From Verrucomicrobiia bacterium (lineage in GTDB: Bacteria > Verrucomicrobiota > Verrucomicrobiia > Limisphaerales > SXQI01), in the NCBI GenBank assembly GCA_036002705.1, contig DASYTB010000275.1, positions 1 through 32,382 on the forward strand: DNA of 32,382 nt, written 5' to 3'. Under the pieces are notes generated by a model. It was given only the letters and a program-made list of their open reading frames with translations. It did no database searches and was not told the DNA's origin. Made by a program: the position numbers and the translations under genes. Numbering within the stretch: the first letter of the stretch is position 1; each line of letters starts with the position of its first letter. Positions 15,110 to 23,517 of this stretch are shown in pieces.

Positions 15110-16306
15110 TTACCGGGAGGCTATGGCTGGTTTGTTTTCGCCGGTCATCGGCGCTTCCTGCGGGTTTACGGGACCGCCGGGGCGCACGCTCATTAGGCCA
15201 TTAACGATTATTTTGTCGGGCGGCTGCAACCCTTGATAGACGACGCGGAGACCGTCGATTAAAGGGCCGAGTTTTACGGGGCGGTAAGCCGCCGTGTTGC
15301 TGGAAGACAAAGTATAAACAAACTTCTGGGCCTGGTCCGTTCCGACCGCCAGGTCCGTGATCAGGAGAGCCTTGTACTCAGGGCTGCCTGGGAGTCGCAC
15401 GCGCCCAAAGTAGCCAGGCTCAAGCAGGCGATTGGGGCCGGGGTTTTGAAAGATGGCGCGCATCCGCAATGTACCGGTGCGAAAATCAAGCTGGTTCTCG
15501 ACGAAATCGACGAAACCTTTGTGGGGAAAATTTGTTTCGCTCGCCAGTTCCAGTTCGGCGGGCAATTTGCCGTTTTCCGCGAGTTTCAATTTTTTCTCGC
15601 CCGTCAGCCTTTGATATTTGAGGGCCGATTGTTCATAAACATCGAAATAGACGTAAACGGGATCAAGAGAAACAATCGTCGTCAGCAGCGTGGATTGTCC
15701 CTGGTTGCCATTGACCAGGTTACCCTCCGTGATCATTCGACGGCCAATCCGACCGTCAATGGGCGCGGTAATCCGCGTGAAGTCCAGATTGATCTGGGCG
15801 GTTTCCATCGCGGCTTTGCCGGCGACCAGCGCCGCTTCGGCTTCGCGTTGGGCCTTCGCTCGGGAATCCGCTTCCTCTTCGGAAACGGCTTTCGATTTGA
15901 GCAACCGTTCGGAACGTTGGGCATCGTTGACGGCCAGGTCCAGCCTTGTCTGGGCGCGGTTCAATTCGGCTTTGGCGCGATCCAGCTCGGCCGTGTAAGG
16001 GCGCGGGTCAATGGTGAAAAGCAGATCTCCCTTGTGCACTTCGGCTCCATCCTTGAAGTGAATGGCTTGCAAATAACCGTTGACTCGCGCGCGAACCTCG
16101 ACTTCCTCGACGGCTTGCAGACGCCCCGGATATTCGTCCCATTCGGTTACATCGCGTTGCACGGGCTGGCTGACGGTGACCTGGGGCGGCGGCGGCGCCA
16201 TGGGCGCGGCGGCCTTTTTCGCGCAGCCCATCGCTCCCGCCACGAGGGCGAGACAAATTGAAATTCTGGACGGCTTCATTGTTAAAACATCCTTTCTCGT
16301 GATCAT
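15110..16306 (-). CDS. RND efflux periplasmic adaptor (MFP, AcrA/MexA-like) lipoprotein
   Basis: 398 aa. Lipobox LVAGAMGCAKK, a coiled-coil hairpin region (AELDRAKAELNRAQTRLD...) and a beta-barrel C-terminus. Alternative start: ATG 16279 (MKPSRISICLALVAGAMGC). Confidence 0.9.
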   Translation of the reverse strand: MITRKDVLTMKPSRISICLALVAGAMGCAKKAAAPMAPPPPQVTVSQPVQRDVTEWDEYPGRLQAVEEVEVRARVNGYLQAIHFKDGAEVHKGDLLFTIDPRPYTAELDRAKAELNRAQTRLDLAVNDAQRSERLLKSKAVSEEEADSRAKAQREAEAALVAGKAAMETAQINLDFTRITAPIDGRIGRRMITEGNLVNGNQGQSTLLTTIVSLDPVYVYFDVYEQSALKYQRLTGEKKLKLAENGKLPAELELASETNFPHKGFVDFVENQLDFRTGTLRMRAIFQNPGPNRLLEPGYFGRVRLPGSPEYKALLITDLAVGTDQAQKFVYTLSSSNTAAYRPVKLGPLIDGLRVVYQGLQPPDKIIVNGLMSVRPGGPVNPQEAPMTGENKPAIASR

Positions 16307-16327
16307 CTGCTCACCTTTGAGCGCCGC

Positions 16328-17020
16328 TTAGAAAAAAAGTCCCAACGCCCGTGAATTGAAATGCGTTTTGATCGCTTCATCCTTCATTCCCATCCCACGC
16401 AAGCAAAACCAAACCGCCTCCTCAACCAAATTCTCTTGGTCCTTCTTCCCCACGCCGTAATTCAGCGTCGGCTTTCCCGGCAAGTTCGTGAGAGCGATCC
16501 AGGCGCCCACGTGATGCGCAAAATAAGCGGCGTTCATCCCGCCGGTCGGCCCTGGCGTGATCTCCCCCGAATTGATGCCGGCTTGAATGCAGCGGACGAT
16601 CTGTGCGCAAAATGGTTCGAAACGGTTGCGGTGCATCAGCCGCGCGTAGGAACCATCCTCTAAAAAGCTGTGAATCATCAAGCGAAATCGCATTTCCCAC
16701 GAGATGGCATCGCCGGGTTTTTCCTGGACGAGCAGGCGAGTCAGGAAGTAAACAAGATGCACCAGGGCCGAGCCGGAAGGCGGCAAGCTCCTCAATTTCG
16801 AGGTGATCGGGTCTGTTTCGCGGCAGCTAAAATCCTGAATCTCGCGATACAGCGCTTCCTTGCTCGGGAAGTGTTTGTAAAGGAGCGGTTCGGAAATTCC
16901 AGCGGCCTCGGCCAAGTCCCGCGTCGTCGTCTTCCCAAATCCCTTCTCCGCGAATAACGGGAGCGCCGCGTTAATGATCGCTCGTTTCCGCTCCTCGCTG
17001 GTCAGACGCTTCTGGCGCAC
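16328..17020 (-). CDS. TetR/AcrR-family transcriptional regulator (first gene of efflux operon)
   Basis: 230 aa with a GTG start. RKRAIINAALPLFAEKGFGKTTTRDLAEAAGISEPLLYKHFPSKEALY is a TetR HTH. Confidence 0.9.
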   Translation of the reverse strand: MRQKRLTSEERKRAIINAALPLFAEKGFGKTTTRDLAEAAGISEPLLYKHFPSKEALYREIQDFSCRETDPITSKLRSLPPSGSALVHLVYFLTRLLVQEKPGDAISWEMRFRLMIHSFLEDGSYARLMHRNRFEPFCAQIVRCIQAGINSGEITPGPTGGMNAAYFAHHVGAWIALTNLPGKPTLNYGVGKKDQENLVEEAVWFCLRGMGMKDEAIKTHFNSRALGLFF

Positions 17021-17107
17021 CCGTAGAGGTTAGCAGACGCTCACTAACTGTCAAAAGAAAATTCAGAAGATTGACGGGAATTGCCGAGCTTGCCATAAAG
17101 CATCCGG
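17021..17107. promoter_or_regulatory. Divergent intergenic region with candidate promoters and small inverted repeat (possible TetR operator)
   Basis: Inverted repeat GTTAG (17029-17033) / CTAAC (17044-17048). Minus-strand TTGACA (17054-17049) followed at 16 nt by TAACCT. Plus-strand TTGACG (17071-17076), 17-nt spacer, CATAAA (17094-17099). All matches are weak. Confidence 0.3.
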
Positions 17108-17830
17108 GTGAATCCGAGGATTTCCAGCAGGAAAACCGTGGTGGCGATGGCAACCGGCTTTGCTCTTGTCCTCATTCTGCCGATGCTCTGGCTTTGGCTG
17201 ACTGCCCCTCCGGACCCAATTTACAACGGAAAGCATCTATCGGAATACCTTTATGGCCAGCCGATCGTTGCCCGAGGGCGGGTCTGGTATCTCGCCAATG
17301 ATTTCAAAGTTCTGGAAAATTTCGGCCCCAGGGCCGTCCCTCTATTGGCCGCGTGGTTGCGAGAACGCGATTCGGCCATGCGCGCGAAGCTGCAAAACCT
17401 GCTGCAAAAGACGCGATTTCGCTGGCCCTACTTAACCGAGGACCGCGGACAGATTGCTTATCGCGCGCTCTTCACCGCCAGCAGCATTCCGGAGATTGTC
17501 ATTCCGCTGAGCGGCGTCCTGCGTGAGCAGATCTTGTCCGGCGACCCGCGGCAACGCACTGAATCGGCGGTGCTGCTGATGTACCTTTTGAAGACGACCC
17601 AGACGGATGCACGGCGGCAAATCGCCAGGGAGAGCGCGGCGTTTATTTCCAAAGTACTCGACCGGTTTGAGAAAACGGGCGAAGATGATTATGCTCTGAC
17701 ACTTCTCGCGCCGATGATCCGCGATCTTCAGATCACCCCGTCAATGCGCGAACGAGTCGTGAGGCTGAGCGCAAAATCACGTTATCTTGAGACAGCGGTA
17801 GCGGCGCTCGGCGGGAAACCAGCAAAATAA
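17108..17830 (+). CDS. Hypothetical membrane-anchored protein
   Basis: 240-aa ORF with a GTG start. One N-terminal hydrophobic segment (VAMATGFALVLILPMLWLWLTAPP), then a helical-looking soluble part. No family recognised. Confidence 0.5.
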   Translation: MNPRISSRKTVVAMATGFALVLILPMLWLWLTAPPDPIYNGKHLSEYLYGQPIVARGRVWYLANDFKVLENFGPRAVPLLAAWLRERDSAMRAKLQNLLQKTRFRWPYLTEDRGQIAYRALFTASSIPEIVIPLSGVLREQILSGDPRQRTESAVLLMYLLKTTQTDARRQIARESAAFISKVLDRFEKTGEDDYALTLLAPMIRDLQITPSMRERVVRLSAKSRYLETAVAALGGKPAK

Positions 17831-18003
17831 AAAAGCGCACCGAAATGCGCCTTGTGAAACCGCCAAAGCCCGCGACCAAGGCTATCCGGGTTTTTCGCGA
17901 ATTCCATTCCAGATTTCCTTGCACAAAACCGACGACGGGCAGAGCGATATTGAATTGGCATGCTGGAAGTTTCATTTAAAAGTGCTCCCGTATTAGCACC
18001 GAA

Positions 18004-20301
18004 ATGAAAACCGGAAGAGTTTTAGTTGTTTGCGTTCTGCTGCTCCTGCCGTGGGGCCAAGCCGAGCAGGTCGATAAGCAACCTGGCGTATTTTCGCCCG
18101 AAAAGCTGCGTGAGATCGACGACACCATTCAGCAAAGCCTCGCCAGGAAGGAACTCCCTGGCGGCGTGTTCTGGCTTGAGCACAACGGCCGGACGTACCT
18201 CCGTGCCTACGGTAATCGCGTCGTTTTTCCGAGCGTCGAAATCATGACCGAAGACACGATCTTCGATGCCGCCTCCCTCACCAAAGTCCTTGTCACCACC
18301 CCATCGATCATGCTCCTTGTCGAGCAGGGAAAAATCGAGATTGACGCACCGGTGGCGAAATACATCCCGGAATTCGCTCAGAAGGAAAAAGATAAAATCA
18401 CGCTTCGCCATCTCCTCACCCACACCTCCGGACTGCGGCCCGGGCTCCCGCGCGATACGGAATGGCACGGCTACGAGCAAGGCATCAGGCTCGCCTGCGC
18501 TGAGCGCCCCGTCACGGAACCAGGTTCTGTTTTCCATTACAGTGATATCAATTTCATCGTCCTTGGCGAAGTGGTGCATCGCGTCTCAGGAAAAATGCTC
18601 AACGAGTTTTCAGTCGAAAACGTTTTTCGTCCTCTTAAGATGATCGACACCGAATTTCTTCCGCCGAAAATGAAGCTGGAGCGAATTGCTCCAACCGAGC
18701 GATCTGGAAACCACGTCTTTCGCGGTGAGGTTCACGATCCCACGGCCCGCCGGATGGGCGGAGTCGCTGGCCATGCCGGAGTTTTCACAACCGCGAGTGA
18801 TTTGGCGCGTTTGGCTCGGTGCTTCCTGAACGGCGGCGAATTGGACGGCGTTCGCGTTTGGAAACCCGAAACCATTGCGCTTTTCACCAGCATTCAATCT
18901 CCCGCTCGCGTGCAGGTGCGGCGAGGGCTTGGCTGGGATATCGATTCGCCTTACGCCGGCCCGCGCGGACAGGTCTTTCCCATTGGCTCCTTCGGCCACA
19001 CCGGTTGGACCGGCACATCCGTCTGGATCGATCCGTTTTCCCGCACGTTCGTCATCCTTCTCTCGAACCGAAATCATCCCGACGAATCCGGCAATGTCAT
19101 TCATCTGAGGTCTCAATTGGGCACTTTGGCCGCCGAAGCGGTGCAGGATTTTGATTTTTCCGACGTTGGGACAACCCATGTGCTCAATGGCATCGACGTT
19201 CTGGAACGCGATCACTTCGCTCCGTTGCGAGGATTGAAAGTCGGGCTAATCACGAATCAGACGGGTACGGATCGCGACCGCGTCCCGACGATCGATCTCC
19301 TCGCCAAAGCCGAGGGCGTTCAACTCGTGGCACTCTTCAGCCCCGAGCATGGCATCCGCGGCGTTTACGATGAGAAGGTCGGTGATAGCAAAGACGAAAA
19401 GACCGGGCTGCCCGTTTATAGTTTATATGGGGAACGGCGCAGTCCCAGCGCGGAGCAACTCGCTCATTTGGATGCGCTCGTCTTCGATATTCAGGATGTC
19501 GGCTGCCGCTTTTACACCTACGTTTCGACCATGGGCAACTGCCTTGAGGCGTCCGCCAAGGCGAAAAAGAAATTCTTTGTGCTCGATCGCGTGAATCCAA
19601 TTGATGCGGACAAGGTCGAAGGCCCAGTGCTCGATGGTGAGACGAGCTTCACCGGCTGGCATAACATTCCCGTGCGCTACGGAATGACGATAGGCGAACT
19701 CGCGCGCATGTTCAACGACGAGCGCGAATTCCATGCTGATCTCACGGTTGTTCCGGCGGAAGGCTGGCGACGCAACTGGTTTTTTGATCGCGACGGACTC
19801 CCCTGGATAAACCCCTCGCCCAACATGCGGAACCTCGCCGAAGCCATCCTCTATCCCGGAGTTGGCCTCCTCGAAACAACCCCGCTTTCCGTGGGCCGAG
19901 GCACGGATACGCCGTTCGAGCTAATCGGCGCGCCTTATATCAGTGATTCTTCCTTTGTCATCGAGCTAAATGCCGCGGGCCTCCCCGGCGTGCGCTTCAT
20001 TCCAGTCACGTTCACGCCCACAAGCAGCACCTTCGAAGGGAAAGTCTGCAAAGGCGCGAGCATCATTCTAACTGACCGACGAAAATGCGATGTGGTCAGC
20101 GTCGGAATCACAATTGCCCGCGTTTTGTCTCGTATGTACCCGAATGATTTTGACCTGGCGAAGTTCAATCGGCTCCTGGTCCACAAGCCCACGATTGACG
20201 CAATTCACAACGATCAATCCCTTGAGCAAATAAAGGATTCGTGGGTCGAAGCCCTGAAAGAATTTCAGAAACGGCGCGAAAAGTACCTGCTCTACAAATG
20301 A
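18004..20301 (+). CDS. Secreted fusion protein: beta-lactamase-fold serine hydrolase domain + DUF1343 (NamZ-like exo-beta-N-acetylmuramidase) domain
   Basis: 765 aa. Signal peptide MKTGRVLVVCVLLLLPWGQA. The N-terminal half has SxxK (ASLTKVL), YSD and GHTGWTG motifs of the class C beta-lactamase/PBP4* fold. The C-terminal half (from about residue 385: GIDVLERDHF...GLITNQTGTDRD...LFSPEHGIRG...FDIQDVGCRFYTY) fits DUF1343. Confidence 0.85.
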   Translation: MKTGRVLVVCVLLLLPWGQAEQVDKQPGVFSPEKLREIDDTIQQSLARKELPGGVFWLEHNGRTYLRAYGNRVVFPSVEIMTEDTIFDAASLTKVLVTTPSIMLLVEQGKIEIDAPVAKYIPEFAQKEKDKITLRHLLTHTSGLRPGLPRDTEWHGYEQGIRLACAERPVTEPGSVFHYSDINFIVLGEVVHRVSGKMLNEFSVENVFRPLKMIDTEFLPPKMKLERIAPTERSGNHVFRGEVHDPTARRMGGVAGHAGVFTTASDLARLARCFLNGGELDGVRVWKPETIALFTSIQSPARVQVRRGLGWDIDSPYAGPRGQVFPIGSFGHTGWTGTSVWIDPFSRTFVILLSNRNHPDESGNVIHLRSQLGTLAAEAVQDFDFSDVGTTHVLNGIDVLERDHFAPLRGLKVGLITNQTGTDRDRVPTIDLLAKAEGVQLVALFSPEHGIRGVYDEKVGDSKDEKTGLPVYSLYGERRSPSAEQLAHLDALVFDIQDVGCRFYTYVSTMGNCLEASAKAKKKFFVLDRVNPIDADKVEGPVLDGETSFTGWHNIPVRYGMTIGELARMFNDEREFHADLTVVPAEGWRRNWFFDRDGLPWINPSPNMRNLAEAILYPGVGLLETTPLSVGRGTDTPFELIGAPYISDSSFVIELNAAGLPGVRFIPVTFTPTSSTFEGKVCKGASIILTDRRKCDVVSVGITIARVLSRMYPNDFDLAKFNRLLVHKPTIDAIHNDQSLEQIKDSWVEALKEFQKRREKYLLYK

Positions 20302-20309
20302 AATGTTTT

Positions 20310-21863
20310 TCAGTGCCTGAAGTGCCGCACGCCCGTGAACGCCATCGCCATGCCGCGTTCGTCCGCCGCCGCGATCACGTCCGGATCGCGAATGGAGCCG
20401 CCCGGCTGAATCGCCGCTGTGGCGCCAGCTTCCGCTGCGGCCACCAGCCCGTCCGCAAACGGAAAGAAGGCGTCACTGCATATAACACTGCCCTTGAGCG
20501 AAAGGCGGGCTTCGCCGGCTTTCCAGACCGCGATCCGGCTGGAGTCCACCCGGCTCATTTGTCCGGCGCCGACACCCAAAGTGCGGTCCCGGCCAACGTA
20601 AAGAATGGCGTTGGACTTCACATGTTTCACCACCCGCCACCCAAAGAGCATCGCCTGCAATTCCAAATCCGAAGGCCTGCGCTTCGTGACGATCTTCAGA
20701 TCGTTCGCGCTCGTCGCCTTCAAATCGCGCTCCTGCATCAGAAACGATTCCGCGCCCACCGACCGAACGTCGCCGCCCGGCGCCTTCGCGGGATTCTTCA
20801 ACATTCGCAGCAAGCGCAGATTCTTTTTCTTCTGCAAAACAGCCAGGGCCTCCGGACTGAATTCCGGAGCAACAATGACTTCGCTGAAGATTTCCGAAAT
20901 CGCCTCGGCGCACCCGAGATCAAGAGGTCCATTCACCGCGATAATTCCCCCGAAGGGCGCCTGTCGATCCGTTGCATAGGCTTTTTCCCAGGCTTCCCGA
21001 AGGTCATTTCCCTGTCCGGCGCCGCATGGATTCATATGCTTAAGAATTGCGAGCGTCGGCCGGTCGGCTTCAAACTCGCAGATGAGTTGCGCGGCAGCCG
21101 TTAGGTCGAGGATATTATTATACGAAAGCTCCTTTCCATGAAGTTGTGAGAAATACTCATTGAAACGGCCGTAAAGCGCCGCCTTCTGATGAGGGTTTTC
21201 ACCGTAGCGAAGCGACTGCGATTTGCTGGCCTCGATTTGGAGCCGCGCCGGTAACGGTTCCGCGCCAGCAAGCTTAAATGCCTGGTTCAAGTACGTCGCA
21301 ATCGCGCCGTCGTAGGCGGATGTGCGCGCAAATACTTTCGCGGCGAGCCTTCGCCGCGTCTCGAGGCTCGTGTTGCCCGTCGTGCGGATTTGTTCCGCGA
21401 TCATTGGGTAGTCCGCGGGATCAATGATGACCGTCACACTGTCATGATTCTTGGCGGCGCTACGGAGCATGGAGGGGCCTCCGATATCGATGTTCTCAAT
21501 CGCCTCGTGCAGCGCGACGTTCGGTTTTGTCACGGTTTGTTCGAAGGGGTACAGGTTCACCACCACGAGGTCGATGGGCGGGATGTTGTGCTGCCGGACG
21601 GCGGCCTCGTGCGCTTCGTTGCCGCGGATATAGAGAAGTCCGCCATGGACCCGGGGATGGAGTGTCTTTACGCGACCATCGAGCATTTCGGGAAAGCCCG
21701 TGTGTTCGCTCAAATCTTTGACGCTGAGCCCGGCTTCACGAAGGGCTTTGGCTGTACCCCCCGTGGAGATGAGTTCCACGCCGGCCTCCGCCAAAGTTTT
21801 TGCGAAAGGCACAAGGCCGGTTTTGTCGAAAACGGAAAGAAGCGCGCGTTCGATCTTCTGCAT
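20310..21863 (-). CDS. purH: Bifunctional AICAR transformylase / IMP cyclohydrolase
   Basis: I take ATG 21863 as the start ([41 protein letters not shown]). The C-terminus [10 protein letters not shown] is canonical PurH. The tracked TTG at 21905 adds 14 residues. Confidence 0.93.
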   Translation of the reverse strand: MQKIERALLSVFDKTGLVPFAKTLAEAGVELISTGGTAKALREAGLSVKDLSEHTGFPEMLDGRVKTLHPRVHGGLLYIRGNEAHEAAVRQHNIPPIDLVVVNLYPFEQTVTKPNVALHEAIENIDIGGPSMLRSAAKNHDSVTVIIDPADYPMIAEQIRTTGNTSLETRRRLAAKVFARTSAYDGAIATYLNQAFKLAGAEPLPARLQIEASKSQSLRYGENPHQKAALYGRFNEYFSQLHGKELSYNNILDLTAAAQLICEFEADRPTLAILKHMNPCGAGQGNDLREAWEKAYATDRQAPFGGIIAVNGPLDLGCAEAISEIFSEVIVAPEFSPEALAVLQKKKNLRLLRMLKNPAKAPGGDVRSVGAESFLMQERDLKATSANDLKIVTKRRPSDLELQAMLFGWRVVKHVKSNAILYVGRDRTLGVGAGQMSRVDSSRIAVWKAGEARLSLKGSVICSDAFFPFADGLVAAAEAGATAAIQPGGSIRDPDVIAAADERGMAMAFTGVRHFRH

Positions 21864-22149
21864 ACGAGCGAGAGAGAGAATCGGGAGCGCAGCCTTTGGC
21901 GTCAACCGGCAAATGAACGATCAGGCAATCCGGTGCTGCCGATTACTCTGCCCTTGAGGCTAAAGGCCGCGATAGGTTTAAGGAAGCCTTGGATAAACAG
22001 GCGGAACGAATGGAGCGAAGATAGGCAGCGAGACCATGCATATGTTGTTGGCAAACAAACCCCGGTGAGGAAATGTTTCGATCTCTTCATGAGAAGAATC
22101 CGTAACCAAAACGACCGCCGAAAGGTCTTTGGTTCTAACCACTGAAAAA

Positions 22150-23517
22150 ATGTCGATCCTGATCAACAAGAACTCTCGATTCTCAGCTTTTATCGCTGCC
22201 GTGACGATTTCCGGACCGATTTCGCTTTTCGCGGCGGGCTTTGACTGGCCGCAATGGCAGGGTCCCGACCGGAATGCCGTGTCGAAGGAGACGGGATTGC
22301 TTAAGGAATGGCCGAAGGAGGGGCCGCCCCTCGTTTGGAAGATCAAGGGGTTGGGTGGTGGCTATGGCGGTCCCTCCATCGCGGGAGGGCGGATTTACGG
22401 CATGAGCAATCGTAACGGCGACGAATTCGTTTGGTCCTTGTCTGAGACGGACGGCAAGGAGGTTTGGGCGGCGCGCCTCGGACCGGCCCTAACGGAGGGC
22501 ATGCCGCAGGGAAAAGAAGGCGCCGGGTGTTCGCCGACGGTGGATGGAGATCGGCTCTACGTCCTCGGTCAAAGCGGCGACCTGGCGTGCCTTCAGGCCA
22601 AAGACGGCAGCGTCATCTGGCGGCGCGGTCTGGCGGGCGATTTTGGCGGCGTTATCCCGACCTGGCGATATAACGAATCGCCGCTTGTGGACGGCGACAA
22701 GGTCGTTTGCACGCCGGGTGGCAAAGAGGCGACCCTTGTGGCCCTGAACAAGTTGACCGGCGAGACAATCTGGAAAACCAAAGTGCCTGATCCGACAGGC
22801 GGGAATTCCGAAGGTCCAGACGGTGGCAGGCGCGGGGGCGGGCGTCCCGGCTTCAGGGATTCGGGAGCGGCCTATGCCTCGGCCATCGCGATCGACTTCG
22901 AGGGGCAGCGTCAGTACGTGCAATTGACCGCGAAGTCGCTGGTCGGCGTCGCGTCGTCCGACGGGAAATTGCTCTGGCGCTATGATCGGCCTGCCAGCAA
23001 AGCCGGCATCAACTGTTCGACGCCGCTCTACCACGACGGCATGGTGTTTGCCGCCTCGGCCTACGGAACGGGTGGCGGGTTGGTGAAGCTAAGCAAGGAC
23101 GGAAATGGTGGCATCAAAGCCAACGAGGTGTGGTTCTCCAAAAACATGGAAAATCACCATGGCGGCGTTCTGGTCATTGACGGCGCTCTCTACGGTTCCA
23201 ACGGCGGCAATGGCGGCGGCTATCTCGCTTGTCTCGACTTCAAAACTGGCGACGTTCTTTGGAATGAACGCGATCCCGACAAACGCCGGGCGACGAAAGG
23301 ATCCGTCGCCTTCGCCGATGACCGCATTTACTACCGCACGGAGCAAGGCGCCATGCTGCTCATTGAACCGAGCACCAGGGAATACCTTGAGCGTGGTCGC
23401 TTCGAACAACCCGACCGCACGAAACAACCGGCCTGGACACACCCGGTTCTCGCCAACGGCAAACTATTCATCCGCGATCAGGATGCTTTGTTCTGCTACG
23501 ATGTGAAGGCTAAGTAG
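22150..23517 (+). CDS. Secreted PQQ-like (BamB-like) beta-propeller repeat protein
   Basis: I take ATG 22150 as the start ([30 protein letters not shown] signal peptide). [14 protein letters not shown] plus repeated G.(I/L)Y blades fit. A Gly/Arg-rich insert ([19 protein letters not shown]) lies at about nt 22800-22860. Confidence 0.8.
   Translation: MSILINKNSRFSAFIAAVTISGPISLFAAGFDWPQWQGPDRNAVSKETGLLKEWPKEGPPLVWKIKGLGGGYGGPSIAGGRIYGMSNRNGDEFVWSLSETDGKEVWAARLGPALTEGMPQGKEGAGCSPTVDGDRLYVLGQSGDLACLQAKDGSVIWRRGLAGDFGGVIPTWRYNESPLVDGDKVVCTPGGKEATLVALNKLTGETIWKTKVPDPTGGNSEGPDGGRRGGGRPGFRDSGAAYASAIAIDFEGQRQYVQLTAKSLVGVASSDGKLLWRYDRPASKAGINCSTPLYHDGMVFAASAYGTGGGLVKLSKDGNGGIKANEVWFSKNMENHHGGVLVIDGALYGSNGGNGGGYLACLDFKTGDVLWNERDPDKRRATKGSVAFADDRIYYRTEQGAMLLIEPSTREYLERGRFEQPDRTKQPAWTHPVLANGKLFIRDQDALFCYDVKAK

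Noticed and set aside
17835-17850. Hairpin GCGCA-CCGAAA-TGCGC after the stop of the hypothetical gene, as a rho-independent terminator
   Set aside because: The stem is only 5 bp. The T-tract lies on the wrong side for the plus-strand gene: it is an A-tract upstream on the plus strand, so it would only suit an antisense transcript with no gene.
21864-22128. Looked for a ZTP (pfl) riboswitch in the purH leader, a common association
   Set aside because: The minus-strand leader contains a CCGCCTG but none of the other conserved pfl elements that I remember (GGGUCGUGACUGGCG-type 5' subdomain). No convincing pseudoknot partners were found. A covariance-model scan (Rfam RF01750) would settle it.
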